A stretch of 64,000 nt of DNA, from the NCBI GenBank assembly GCA_015680685.1, contig MNCI01002568.1, forward strand, positions 642,258 through 706,257, read 5' to 3'. The DNA comes from Gnetum montanum. Lineage: Eukaryota > Plantae > Gnetophyta. The notes beneath the pieces are model-generated. The model saw nothing but the letters and a program-made list of their open reading frames with translations, was not told where the DNA came from and searched no databases. Numbering within the stretch: the stretch's first letter is position 1; each line of letters begins with the position of its first letter. Shown one piece after another: positions 50,507 to 62,407 of this stretch. The position numbers and the translations under genes were made by a program.

Positions 50507-51747
50507 TGTGAACCTTTTGGTGTGTTCAAAATGTTAAGTAAAATGGAGTCAAAGGTCGTTTGCATGGGTGTGTTATTATTGTGTTTATAGAACTTTGTAC
50601 ATGGAAAACCAAGATGAACTAAAGAGGACAAGGAACAAAATGTTTAGAGCTCAAAGGAGAAGGTCATTCACATGGTCTTCAAACAAACATGAAAGAATTT
50701 CAAAGAATGTGAACAAGCACCAAATATTGTAGAAGAAAAGTTATCATTATCAAAGCACATGGAAGATCAAGGCTATGGACAAGGAATGATGAATTCAAAA
50801 GACCAAGAAAGTGGAAGGAAAGCATCTCTAGGAAATAGTAGATGTCTTGGTAGAATTGGAGTAATCTTAGGCAAAGACGTCTTCAAGAAATAGTAGATGT
50901 TTTTCTCTAGGAAAAGACATCTTCATCATAGAAAAAAATCTTCATTGAATGAAGGCTAGTACCAAAAATATGTCTTTCATAAAACAAAGACATCTTCTAG
51001 AATGAAGACTCTAGAAAGGTATCTTTCATGAAATAAAGACATCTTTCCAAAATTAAAGGTAAGTTTAGAGAGATGTCTCAAGCATGAAGAAGATGTTTCC
51101 CGTGTCTGTTAATGACCATTAGCTAGCCATTGTAGAAGTTCCAAGATGGACTTAGAAATATGGTAGCTATACAAAGACTTGATGTGCATTGTTGTATTCA
51201 TTGTACAGTCATTATTTGTAATCATTTAATTCTCTATTACTCCTCATTTTCTGATCATTTTCACATTTTAAAGTGTGTTGTACCTAATTGTACAAGGATC
51301 AGAAAATTGAGTTGCAATTATCCCTTGTAATTCTTATTCTTGTTGTCCTACAAGGTTGATGTGCTTGAGCTTGTCAAGATCCTATGGAATTGAGTTGTTG
51401 GTGCTGCGATACAACACTCTAGTGATGAGCTTAAGATTGTAAAGGCTATGGAGGCCTTGAAACCACATTTTCAAGCCTGATGAGACCTTGCAGGGTTGAG
51501 TGATTGGTGCTATGGTACAACACTCCAAAGTAGGGCTTGAAGACTATATATGGTGTGGATCCTTCAATCACATTTTGAGAGCAACAAAGTCTAGAGGTAT
51601 GCTTATGATCTACCCTCCAAGTGTGAACTACCCAAGTTGGGGAACCACATTAAATTTATTGTATGTGCTTTGTTTTTTTTAGTTTTATTTTGGGGAACTT
51701 ATTCATCCACCCTCCCCCATCCTCCTTTCTAAGTTCAATGATCCACA
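50507..51747 (+). repeat. 3' LTR of element E
   Basis: Follows the PPT; ends AAGTTCAATGATCCACA like the 5' LTR. Confidence 0.92.
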
Positions 51748-51938
51748 AGGTCATCCATCATGAACTTGGTAATATGACTAGAAATTCCTAATAAAATAGT
51801 CTCTGCTATAAGGGTTGTATTGTTACTGATCAACTATGACCACATGATCACATTAAAGTTCTCAAGTAAGTATGCTAGGAACATTTTGGTCCTAGGCCTG
51901 GATTGTAAAGAGCCATGATCAAGAAACATGTTGAAAGG
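51748..51938 (-). pseudogene. Further fragment of the D antisense gene
   Basis: FNVIMWS*LISNNTTLIAETILLGISSHITKFMMD aligns with A LSMIVWSHLFS*IAVVLAETLLLGGN*GILKFLAN (about 4830-4935). Confidence 0.7.
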
Positions 51939-53727
51939 TGATGAGTCGCAATATCAGGACCACGATATCGAAGCCTACCAAGCGATATCAGACACCCAAT
52001 ATTAAAACTTGTCTTATTGCCTATAAATAAGAGATCGAGGTTCTTGGTTTGGTAGTTAGTCTCTTAGTTCCTTACCCAAACTCTTGCAATTTTTCCTTTC
52101 CAGAGTTAGAATTATTTCTGAGTGCCTGCAATAGGAGTCATAAAGTGAACAGATCTTTATTCTAGCATTGTGTACCTAAGCACACCTTGTGTCTAGAAAT
52201 AAAGACAAACTTTGTGATAAACCTTGCAACATTCAGAATAGCTTATTTATTGTATTTAATGTTATTTATAGTTAGTTCACGCTTTCATTAGTTAATTGAT
52301 GTATTTTTATAGAGTTACTAATCTTCAACAAGTAAGCACAATCTGTACGACCACTTCGAGCATACATGGAACACTTGGTAACCTAGTAATGACTAGCATT
52401 TGGTAACCCCAGTAGTGTTACATTGGTTTAGAATGTGTCTGACAAGTGGGAATGGATGTTGGTGTTAGGACTAGCTTGATTAGTTAAATTAAATTAGTTA
52501 CTCACTTATTCATTTCTCCACTTTAAGCACCAGGAACATAAAACATAAAAAACCATAAAAATCACATACCTTAGGTTTACTTAACCATACAATCGTGCCA
52601 TATATGTAAGCTTGGGAAGATAATGATCACATAACCCATCCTTGTTCTATGAAGGTGCATAAGCACTTAGTCCTTGGAGTTCGACCGAATCGCACATAAA
52701 TGCTCGTATTCGTATGGTTGGGCATAGGAGTACCTCACTGCTCATCATTGGCACTGTTGCCAGGGACTTTGTTGTTTGTGCACTGATTAGAACTTAGGAA
52801 ATCTTTCCATCATTGGAATGAACCCTTAGGGTTAGTTATTTTACAATCATAAAAAAGAGAGTATTTCACACTAAATAATCAATCATGTCTCCTTCTTCTT
52901 CTGAGAGTGCTTCATCATCTAGGTCTAACATCATGAACAATCAAAGGTGAAGCGTACAGGATAATCCAATAGCACCCCAAAAAATTTTCTTAGTATACAT
53001 CCATCCTAATGAGTATATCCCAGACTTTACCTTTATCCTCCACCAAAATGAACAACTGTGTTGGTGGGATTTAGACAGTAACATAGTGTTACCCCCCAAT
53101 CACTCAATCCCAAGCATGCTTCTTCATGCTCTCACATGAATCGGTATGCAACACTTACAATTGGGGTACATTATGCATAAACAAGATTCAAGAGATTATT
53201 GACATACGTAGGCACAACATCAAAGGGACCTACAACAGGAAAGACATTACAAATCTATGAAGGGAAAGTGGTCTCACGATGTCCTGTATGTCATAAGTGA
53301 AAAAGAGGGTGGTGAACTTACCTTGAGAGGTTTTCCACATAAAAATGTTCCTCTTATTAACTTTGGTCAAGGAGTTATGTATCAGAATTTTCACTCAACC
53401 ATTCATAACCTAGGTTCTGATACCAATGGACACAAAGGATCTGAAAAAAGAACATGAACACATGATGACGATGGACATTATGATTGTAACTGCAATAAAG
53501 GCCATGACCACCAAAGAGAAAGTGATAGACACCATCATGGGGCCAATCCTCCTTTCTCTTTACCTTCATCATCTCCTTCCCCCTCTCCTTCGAGATCTGA
53601 ACATAGTCACAAAGGGAAAGGCCATGAGGACAATGGTAAGCGAAATAGAGATCATAGAAAAAATAGTCGAGAAAGGGGACAAGAACATTCCAGGGAAACA
53701 CATCATGAAAAAAGGAAGAGTAGGGAA
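51939..53727 (+). mobile_element. Element F: 5' part of an LTR element with an Athila-type tRNA-Asp PBS, interrupted by G
   Basis: Candidate LTR 51939-52747 with inverted termini TGATGAG...CTCATCA and TATAAATA near 52022; PBS TGGCACTGTTGCCAGGGA at 52749-52766. No second LTR lies in the window. Confidence 0.78.
52885..53727 (+). pseudogene. Decayed first ORF of F (probable gag N-terminus) ending in a Ser/Pro then Arg/His/Glu-rich tract
   Basis: ATG at 52885 is in frame with ORF 53257-53457 and continues to SPSPSPSRSEHSHKGKGHEDNGKRNRDHRK; several internal stops. Confidence 0.5.
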
Positions 53728-54989
53728 TGAAACATCACTAATTTTGACCTAGAACTTTGAAATGAAATTACTCAAGCCATTTTGAGCATTCGGGAGGCAA
53801 AATTTGACTAAGGCATAGAACTCACGCCCAACTTGCTCACCTCATCAAGCTAGCTTACCCTCAGCATGAGTAACTACAATAACTTTAGGATCAAGTCAAA
53901 AATGGTCAAATATAAAGGTGCAAGCTATCCTTAATGGCTGCTAATGACCACTCTAAGCATCAGCATTCAAAGACTCAAATTTCAAGTCAAAAAGTGCAAG
54001 TTTTTGCACTCACGCTATCACTCAAGTTGCCAGCGTGAGTGGAGCATGAGCAACCTTCAGAGCCCAAAATTGAGTTAAAATGATCTAATTTTCAAAGTGC
54101 AAGTCATCCTCAGGGATCATTATTAGCAACTTCAGATTTTAGCCTCTAGAATTCCAGAGTTCAAGTCCAAAAATTGTAGGTTTTTGCAGCTCACATTGTG
54201 GTCACACTGTAGCTAACGCTGCACTCATGCTGGCAATATGAGTTCCCAAAGGTGGCATCACACATGTCACTTTCAACCTCAGTTTCTAATTTTTAGATCA
54301 CTCTCAAGGTCAACCATAGTCAGACAACAGTTGCACTTAAGAATCAAGCTTCAAAAATCAAAATTTGGAGTGAAATGCATCATTTTCAAGTCACTCACGC
54401 TGAGGTCACGCTAAGGACACACTGGTAGCGTGGGTGCAACATGAGCATGCTGAAGAAACGCCAGAACAAAATCAACTAACGTTGGAAACTCTCATCAAAT
54501 AGCCATAGAACCACTCAAATCTTCATCCTATAGTAATCAATTCAGAGATCCAGAAGTTTCAATTGAGCCAAAGTCAATTTGTCTTGTTGTACAATACCAT
54601 TTCATTGTAAATTTTCATCATTTGTAATCTTGTCAAGCTCTTATGCTCAAGATTGTATCTACTTCCATGAGCGTACACTAGCTTGGGTAAGCTAACTCAC
54701 GATGTAAGATACAATGCACCTGGTCAAAAACATAGCTTGCCCGCACATGTCCAACTCACATAAAGTTGTCCATCAGACACATGTCACATGATTCGTTTTC
54801 CTCTCATCTCTCAAATATTGATTCCATCCATGAATTCCATGCCCAAACCTGGCCAAACTCTATAAATACCATGTCAATTCACATAAATAAGGTTGGCAAT
54901 TTTGAAGGTTGACAGCTTAGAGAACATAGACCAGCAATCCTTGGATGCTTAGGCACACTTGACTCCTAGCATCCAAGCACTTCTAAAAC

Positions 54990-55218
54990 NNNNNNNNNNN
55001 NNNNNNNNNNNNNNNNNNNNNNNNNNNNNNNNNNNNNNNNNNNNNNNNNNNNNNNNNNNNNNNNNNNNNNNNNNNNNNNNNNNNNNNNNNNNNNNNNNNN
55101 NNNNNNNNNNNNNNNNNNNNNNNNNNNNNNNNNNNNNNNNNNNNNNNNNNNNNNNNNNNNNNNNNNNNNNNNNNNNNNNNNNNNNNNNNNNNNNNNNNNN
55201 NNNNNNNNNNNNNNNNNN
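54990..55218. other. Assembly gap of 229 N
   Basis: Run of n characters. Confidence 1.
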
Positions 55219-55569
55219 CTTATGTTAATCAAGATTGAAAATCTACACAGCGGGTGCTTTAAACTCTGTAACTCCACCATCAAAACCCAAAACAACATAC
55301 ACATGCTGACAGTCTACCAAGTAACATTCCACCACCACCATCGACTGTCCACATTGACATGCTAGTTTTGATAGCGTGTTAATGTTCAGCTTGACTTACC
55401 CACCTAATACCTCATGCTACAGTTAACTCACTTTGTAGCTATACATCTTTTGTCAGTCACACTACAGTTAACTCATGTTGCAGCTATTCACACTGTTTGT
55501 CACATTGTAGTTGCTCATGCTGCAGTTGCTCACATTCAACTCACCTAGCCCAGTTTACTCACGTTCACT

Positions 55570-58500
55570 ATGGAATCCTCCCAAATTAACCTAGTGACAC
55601 TGTTGATCTCTAACTTTAGGGCTAAAACCTCAAACCCTGTGACTACTATGAAATCTATAACTGTTATTGAATAGATAAATCCCCAAGGCCCTACGTGCCA
55701 GTCACTTAGGCTATAGGGAAAAGACCCTACCTATGCAACTCTTACACCCGAACAGTATAACTTCATCTATGTCAAGATCCAAGCCAACTTGCCTATCGAT
55801 CGTGTAGAGAGGGAAGCGAAACGAGATTATGAACATATCCACAAAGGAGGTCGTGAGTTCGTCCCCTTAGCATTTGATATAATCTATCTTTTTGAACATC
55901 ATCATACACTTATATCCTAGCTACTAATGGCAAGAAGTCAAGCCTTACAGCCACCTCCAATAGAGCCTCAGGGTGGAGATGAGGAAGATGACTTCGTAGC
56001 CCAATCTGAACATGGGGATTTGTACCATACTATCAGTCCCCATGCCCATACAAACTCATCATTCCAACCCTTCCTGGAAGAGACCATACTTCCACCTTTA
56101 TCCATGAACGCTTGACCACCAGCTTCTCTAGAGGAAATGCCCACTTCCATTCCCATCTTCTCCAGGCTCAACATTCAATCTGACAAGTCCATTCCCATCA
56201 TACCTCCACAAATACAATCTCAACAAGCCCCTCTTCAAGCTAATGTAGGTTTAATTGTTCAACCTCAGGTAATTGAGATGTCATCTATCATACCAACATC
56301 TAAAACCATCCATTATGTACCACAAGTGCAAATCCAAAAAGCATCATTAATTACTTCAACCCAACACGTTTAGGGTGTTACTTCACAACCTGTGGTTGGG
56401 TAGTGGGTTCCACCAGCTATTTAGCAAAAATTGTCTACTCACTACAATGTACCACACCCCGTAGTCTCAACCTCGAATGTCCTTCCACCATAACAAACTA
56501 CAGTCCATCAACCTCTCTTTCCACAAACGATGCAACAATTGAATCATTATCAACCACCACTAACTCAACCCACTGGTCTACCTACCACCCAAGAGTGGGC
56601 AAACACAAAAAAAATGATGCACTCATTGGCAGAAGAATTAAAATGCCTCAAAACTATGAACACTGAGGAAGTCAAGGTACTGGATTTCTATCAAGATGAT
56701 CCAATCGACCCCTCAGTTTCATCATTAACCTTGTCAAAGGGAGTTTCATTATCCCTGCTAACCAAGTATAATGGAGAGGGGGATCTAAACACTCACCTAG
56801 TAACATTTCGAATAGAATGTCTATTGCTTCAAGCATGGCCTCATGTAATTCTATGTGTGTTTGTTATGTCCTTAATGTAAAAAGCCCTAGACTGGTACCG
56901 AGCTTTACCCCGTAGCTCCATATCTTCTTTAGAGGACTTGTTGCACCAGTTTGTCATCCATTTCAAATACAATCTAAAGCTTGAGGCCACATTAGATAAC
57001 TTGATTTAGATTAAACAAGCGCTATTAGAGCCAGCACAAAAATTTATCCAAAGGTGGAGTGTAGCCTTGAATGAACTTCACGAACCCATCCTGGAAACAT
57101 ATCTACTTGCCATCCTTAAGACGGCCATGAATGACTTTATTAAGTTAAAGCTTTATAATTTGAAAGCCCACACATTAAGCCAAGAATTTTTGCAAATTAA
57201 GGACATAGATGAGGTGGCACAAATAAGCAATGACCCAGCCTACTCAACCTTTAAGAGCCAACATACGAGGAAGGATAAGTCCAAAACGACAGTAGCAGCG
57301 ATAGCAGAGACAACCTGACCTAACCATCTAGGATAAAAGGGAAAACAACCTGCTATGCCAAATGACTTTGAAAGAAACACACCCGCACCTACACTCGAAG
57401 CTTCCTCAAATAGAAACACCAACATAAGTCATGCCCACACATTTAAAAGAAACGACCCCACTCAATATACACCCCTGCCTATGAAGCCTTCACAATTGCT
57501 TGATTAACTTTTAAAGGTCGGGTTAATCAAACATAACAAAATGTCTCCCACAGCATCTCAAAAACATAATAGATTCTATGAGTTGACCAAAAACCCAGCC
57601 TTAGCAACAGCCAATGAACCCCCCATTCCAAGAGGCTTTAGATTGGGTAGGTTTTGTGAATATCACCAAAAGTGTGGTCATGGGACTGATTACTGTTTCA
57701 CCTTGAAACAGGATATACAACGCATGATTGATAGGGGTGAAGTGGTATTCAATGATGCAAACCCAGTAAAATCCCAAAACCAACCTATGGGGGTCTTCAA
57801 GGATCCTCTCAATACTAGTGATGCACCATATGTAATTAATACTATCCATGTGGAGAACAGACAGGACGTCCCACAAAAACCTTCTGTGATTCATAGGCCT
57901 TCGAAAAGCACACCTGCCCCAACATCCCCTCAAACCCCTCTCATCATACACACATCTCCTGCACCACAAAAACCATTCATCATCCATGTACCTCCTTCTA
58001 TTGCAGCAACAACCACACCATCTGAAATCTGACCCATTCCCTTTGTGATCCGGGTGCCAAAACATCCTAACACACAACCCACCTTCATTTCTCCACAAGC
58101 TTTGTGAGAGCATCTTACTGATAGACTAACAAGAGAGCACCTAGGAAAAGAAAACCATCAGCACAAATTAGGACCACCAAAGCCCACATCATTAAATGTT
58201 ATTCCCATGAGTTCATTCATTAATGAGCCTAGTACAAGTTATCAAAACAAAGATAATGTCGTGGGTTGTGTGCCGATCCCAGCACCCCCAGTTACTAACA
58301 CAAAAATTCCTCCATGAGAAACATGAATGCTGGGTCAAATGGACCAAGTCTCCATAGATAAGGGTATTCCAAATGGTAAAGACCTAGCAAGCACATTGAC
58401 TCAAGTTACACAAGCCTTAAAACAAAATAATACTTCTTTAAGTCTGTATGACCTAGTAATGACTTCACCCGTACATCGGGAAGCTCTCGTGTGGATGCTG

Positions 58501-59331
58501 ACTTCAATTCCTATTAGTGAGGACCTTCCTCCAGATGAACCATCCATTTAGGTAGTATTTTCCTTGCAACCTCAGAAATCAAAGACTATGTCCCTATAAT
58601 TTCATGCTAAGGACATTAAGCTAGATGAGAAAATAGGAGAAGTCACCACAACCCCTATGTTCATAACAATATAGGTCAATCATTTCAAGATATGTAGGGT
58701 GCATGTTAATGACAGTGCAGCAACAAACGTAATACCTTTTCTCGTCATCGAAAAACTGGGACTTACTAAACAAATACAACCCATGATAACTTCTTTCCTA
58801 AAATCCTTCAATGGTTCCCATGTTGGGGTGAAAGGTATGATTACCTTAGATTTCATAGCCGGGGACTAGTTCCCCATGTCAACTAAATTCGTAGTGGTTG
58901 ATGAAATGCTAGGATTTAACTTGATGCTAGGACATCCTTGGCTAGCTCAACTTAGAGTCGTATCCTCACCAATCCATCAGGAGATCCACCTACCTTATGA
59001 GGGGGGTGAAATCATCATACGTGGGGATACAATAGTATCACTCACTTCCTCACACCCTGAGGTAGATCAAGAGTCAGAAATTGAGTTCATTCAACCTAAG
59101 CAAGGAACTATGAGCATACCTCAAGATATGAACCCAATGTCAACTTACAATCCTACTAAAACTGAGGAAGCACCACACAACACAAACATAGGAGTCATTT
59201 CTACTAATGTCTCTTGGTTAGAATTACCCTTTGACATCACCAATGAAGGGGAAGGTGAGTATAAAATCATACCTACATGCCCAACCCCACATGTTAAGCT
59301 ACAAAGGATCAAGAGGCAACTCAACAACTAG
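55570..59331 (+). pseudogene. gag: Element G gag-protease remnant
   Basis: LTKYNGEGDLNTHL, knuckle FCEYHQKCGHGTDYC, RVHVNDSAATNVIP, FNLMLGHPWLAQL; stop at 59331. Confidence 0.9.
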
Positions 59332-59352
59332 AGTGAATCACCAAACATCCGG

Positions 59353-59590
59353 ATTGACGTTAAACTAGCAATCATCTGGTATGACGTTAAACTACCAATG
59401 AACGTCCACAATGACGTTAAACTAGCCACGATAAAAAACAGCTGGTTCCTTTTACAAGCCTTCTAAAACTGTTATTTCTTTTGGCCCACTATGGCATAAA
59501 ATTGATAATCCTTCTTTCTTTAACAACAAATGCAATAGTCCACCATGACTTTAAACTAATGTGCATAGCCCAAAATGGCTTTAAACTAGG
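59353..59590. repeat. Repeats after the G gag-PR stop (GACGTTAAACTAGC-like)
   Basis: Three copies at 59353-59430 and two variants at 59545-59590; reverse complement of the A/C array core. Confidence 0.65.
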
Positions 59591-59897
59591 ATTCAATACA
59601 TCACAAGTTTGCAAACATTCACTACGTTATGTCAAATTTTAGTTGTAGTCTCAATCTATGCCTTCTTGTTACCTTCTTCTTTTGCAAGTGTTGATTTACA
59701 TTTTGTTCCCTCATTTTACATTTGGCTACATGCATATGTTCGCGATACTACTTGAAAAGGAAAATAAAAAAATTGATACATCAATATGGTAGGAAAATTC
59801 CAACACGTTATGCCATAACTAAGTCCATGTTATTACATTTTTCAACCATATGTTTCCATCAAACATTCAAAAATCCAAAACATTTAATAGCTAAAGT

Positions 59898-62407
59898 CTA
59901 ATTAACAATAAACTCATGGAGGGGGCTGGTCCCCAAGATCCTCCTCATCACCTGCTCTTGTCCCACTGGGGCTAGCTCCATCATTAGCATGTTCCTACAA
60001 TAGGGCAAAAAACAAAAAAGTAGGTAAGAGCAGTAAAGAAAATCATAAATGCAAAACTAGGAAGACAGTAACACTAACAATGAAAACAACAAAACCATAC
60101 AAAAAATAAATGCCATAATAAAACACTCACAAGTGAGGAAGGTCCTAAGTTAGCCTCCAAACATCGTAGTATCTCTGTCTCAGGCACATTTGCCCAATCC
60201 TTCTCTAGGCCAAGATCAATGCTAGCTAAGGTTTTACCCTTGTCTACCGATGTCCAGGTAGGACATTCAAGAGAGAACATGCTTGTCGAAGCCTCCCCGG
60301 AGGCAGTAACAATGCTTCTCTTGGGAGATCCCTCCACCTTGGTACACTCAACAAACCTGTCATAAGCAGAACACAAGATTAACCCATCAATGAACATCTA
60401 AATCTAGTGATGTTCAACTGACTCCTCCTTTAACCATTTCTTATATTGATGCTTGTGGTCCTTTTGGGCTTGGCCCCACTTTCGTACCTTAGCGGCAAAG
60501 GACTTCCAATCATGACATTTTTTGTTCAACAAATCCATCTATGCCTTTTCCTCAGCTAGATCTCGTGTAGCCTGCACTTTGCTATTCAAAATCGGCTAGT
60601 AGCGTGCATAGGTAATTTTAGATGTGAGCCAAGTGCTATCACTAGAAAGTCTTGCAGCAACAAGATTGTAACGGGATTGGAGATCCCTTTTCATCTCCCT
60701 CTCCTTCGCTAGTGCTTCCTTCAATGAATGAACCTTGTCCCATAAATACTCAACCGAATGCCTACAAGTCCAAAGCAACTTGGCGTTCTGTATGACACAA
60801 CCAGAAACTGCATCATACACATTTCTTGGGACTTGCTCAATATTCCCTGGTAGTTCAGGGAGAGCATCAATGTGAGTAGCTTCAGAAGGATCCCACTGGA
60901 GCTTGGCGCCTACAGGTGTAGGCACCACACACATGAATAACCTAAAATAAAATGAATGCAAAGAAAAATAAAACCATACACTTAGCATAATAAGCAATAT
61001 ACACATACCTAGTTCTGGGTGAGCTTCTTGTAGGCGAGTGACCACATCATTAGTGATGCCCTTAACAAAGTCCATTTTTCTAGGCATCTCAGGCCATGGC
61101 CTTAACTGGTTAGTCGATGTGGGACAAGTAGGGGAGGTCACCTCAATCAGAACCTGTGATCCTGACACCTCTGTATGCCTCAAAAATCTCAACATCTACC
61201 TCTAATGCTAGAAATAATCAAAGACAACACATGAAAATTAAAGGGTACAAAAACATGGATTACGCTAAAAGGGAACATACCAAAAAGCCCTTTGCTATTT
61301 ATCTTGGGTGGATCACCAAGCTACAAAGATCCATCAAAGAAGGCATCGAAGAAACCTCTTTCATCACTTGAATGCCTAAGTGCATCCAAAGCCTCTGCAA
61401 GCTTCATCACCATGATGTTTGTCACATCCTCCTCTTGCGAGGCAAGAGGTTCTTCAATCATTTCTTCTCTTTCCTTTACCTCTTCCTCTGGCCCTATGAC
61501 AACCACTTCAAGATCAACCATTGAGACCAAAGTCTCTCTCTCTCTCTCAGGACTTTCCTCTGATAATTCCAGAATCTTAGAGTTAGTGTAACATGGTATA
61601 TATAACATACATGCCAAAAAATAGCAAATAGAAAATAATAATAATAAATATATAACAATAAAATAAGATACTAACCTTCCACTGGCAGTACAAATTGAAT
61701 CTTCTTTGCTCTTGGTGGTATCACATTAGGAGCAAGTTCCCTTGGATGTTCTTTCATCTTCACCTTCATCTTGGACTTTCCAATAGTCTCACCAATCAAA
61801 CGTTTATCCCTTTCAATAGACGTGCACAACCTAGGTGGTTCTAATCCCAAGCTATCATGGGAATGATGGGAACAGCTGACCGCACCTCCACTAGTAACTA
61901 ATATTGATTCCTCAATGTCTTCCAGTGGGTCTTGGGATCTAGTGGTGCTAAATAAATGGTGAATCCAGGGGTGGGAAAATTCTGAACAATCCCTCAAAAT
62001 ATAGTGGTTATCATCATAAACTACTAGGAACTCAGCAAACCTATGTAGGTATCCCATGAAGAAAGCAAATGTAAAATGAGATTTAGCATGGATGTTTGAA
62101 CATAAGCTAATGATCTCCCCATGAAAACTAGATTGAAGAAACTGTGAGAAGTTGTAGCACATGCCTATCTCTAAAACTGCACACATGACATGTGCAGACT
62201 CAATCCCAAGGTTTCTTCCTTGAGAAAGAGATTTGGGGAATGCCCGTGCCTAGAAGAGAGGATACAAGAAGTTCAACTCCATTGATCAAGTATCATTTCT
62301 CATGGCAAAGCCCTTAGGACCCTGAGACACACCTAACCACTACTCAAGCTCTCTTATGACCTGGCCCTCTTTTGTCACTTTATCTATAGTCACCATGGCA
62401 CCATCCA
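59898..62407 (-). pseudogene. Antisense accessory gene of element G (3' half)
   Basis: ORFs 61671-62186, 61321-61617, 60596-61195 (LQWDPSEATHIDALPELPGNIEQVPRNVYD), 60074-60397. Donors at 61675, 61008, 60130. Confidence 0.82.

Larger units (their letters stand above)
46797..51747 (+). mobile_element. Element E: non-autonomous SIRE-like Ty1/copia (two LTRs plus gag, no pol)
   Basis: LTRs 46797-47855 and 50507-51747 with TGTG...CACA ends; PBS TGGTATCAAAGC at 47858-47869; PPT AAAAAGAGGAAGAT at 50493-50506. Confidence 0.92.
15221..51938 (+). mobile_element. Element D: oldest Tat-like copy, in fragments 15221-16620, 40886-46796 and 51748-51938
   Basis: Plus-strand gag/PR and a minus-strand accessory gene homologous to A, C and G; the sequence resumes collinearly after each insertion. 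Confidence 0.82.
53728..62407 (+). mobile_element. Element G: Tat-like copy (5' LTR, gag-PR, antisense gene), interrupted by H
   Basis: Starts TGAAACATCACTAATTTTGACCTAG, like the reverse complement of the C and H LTR ends; TATA at 54861. No PBS is visible, so the LTR end and PBS are probably lost in the N gap. Confidence 0.88.

Noticed and set aside
53426-53752. 108-aa ORF MDTKDLKKE
   Set aside because: It is an alternative frame of a low-complexity tract and runs across the F/G junction at 53728.
54959-55304. ORFs spanning the N run
   Set aside because: Artefacts of the assembly gap.
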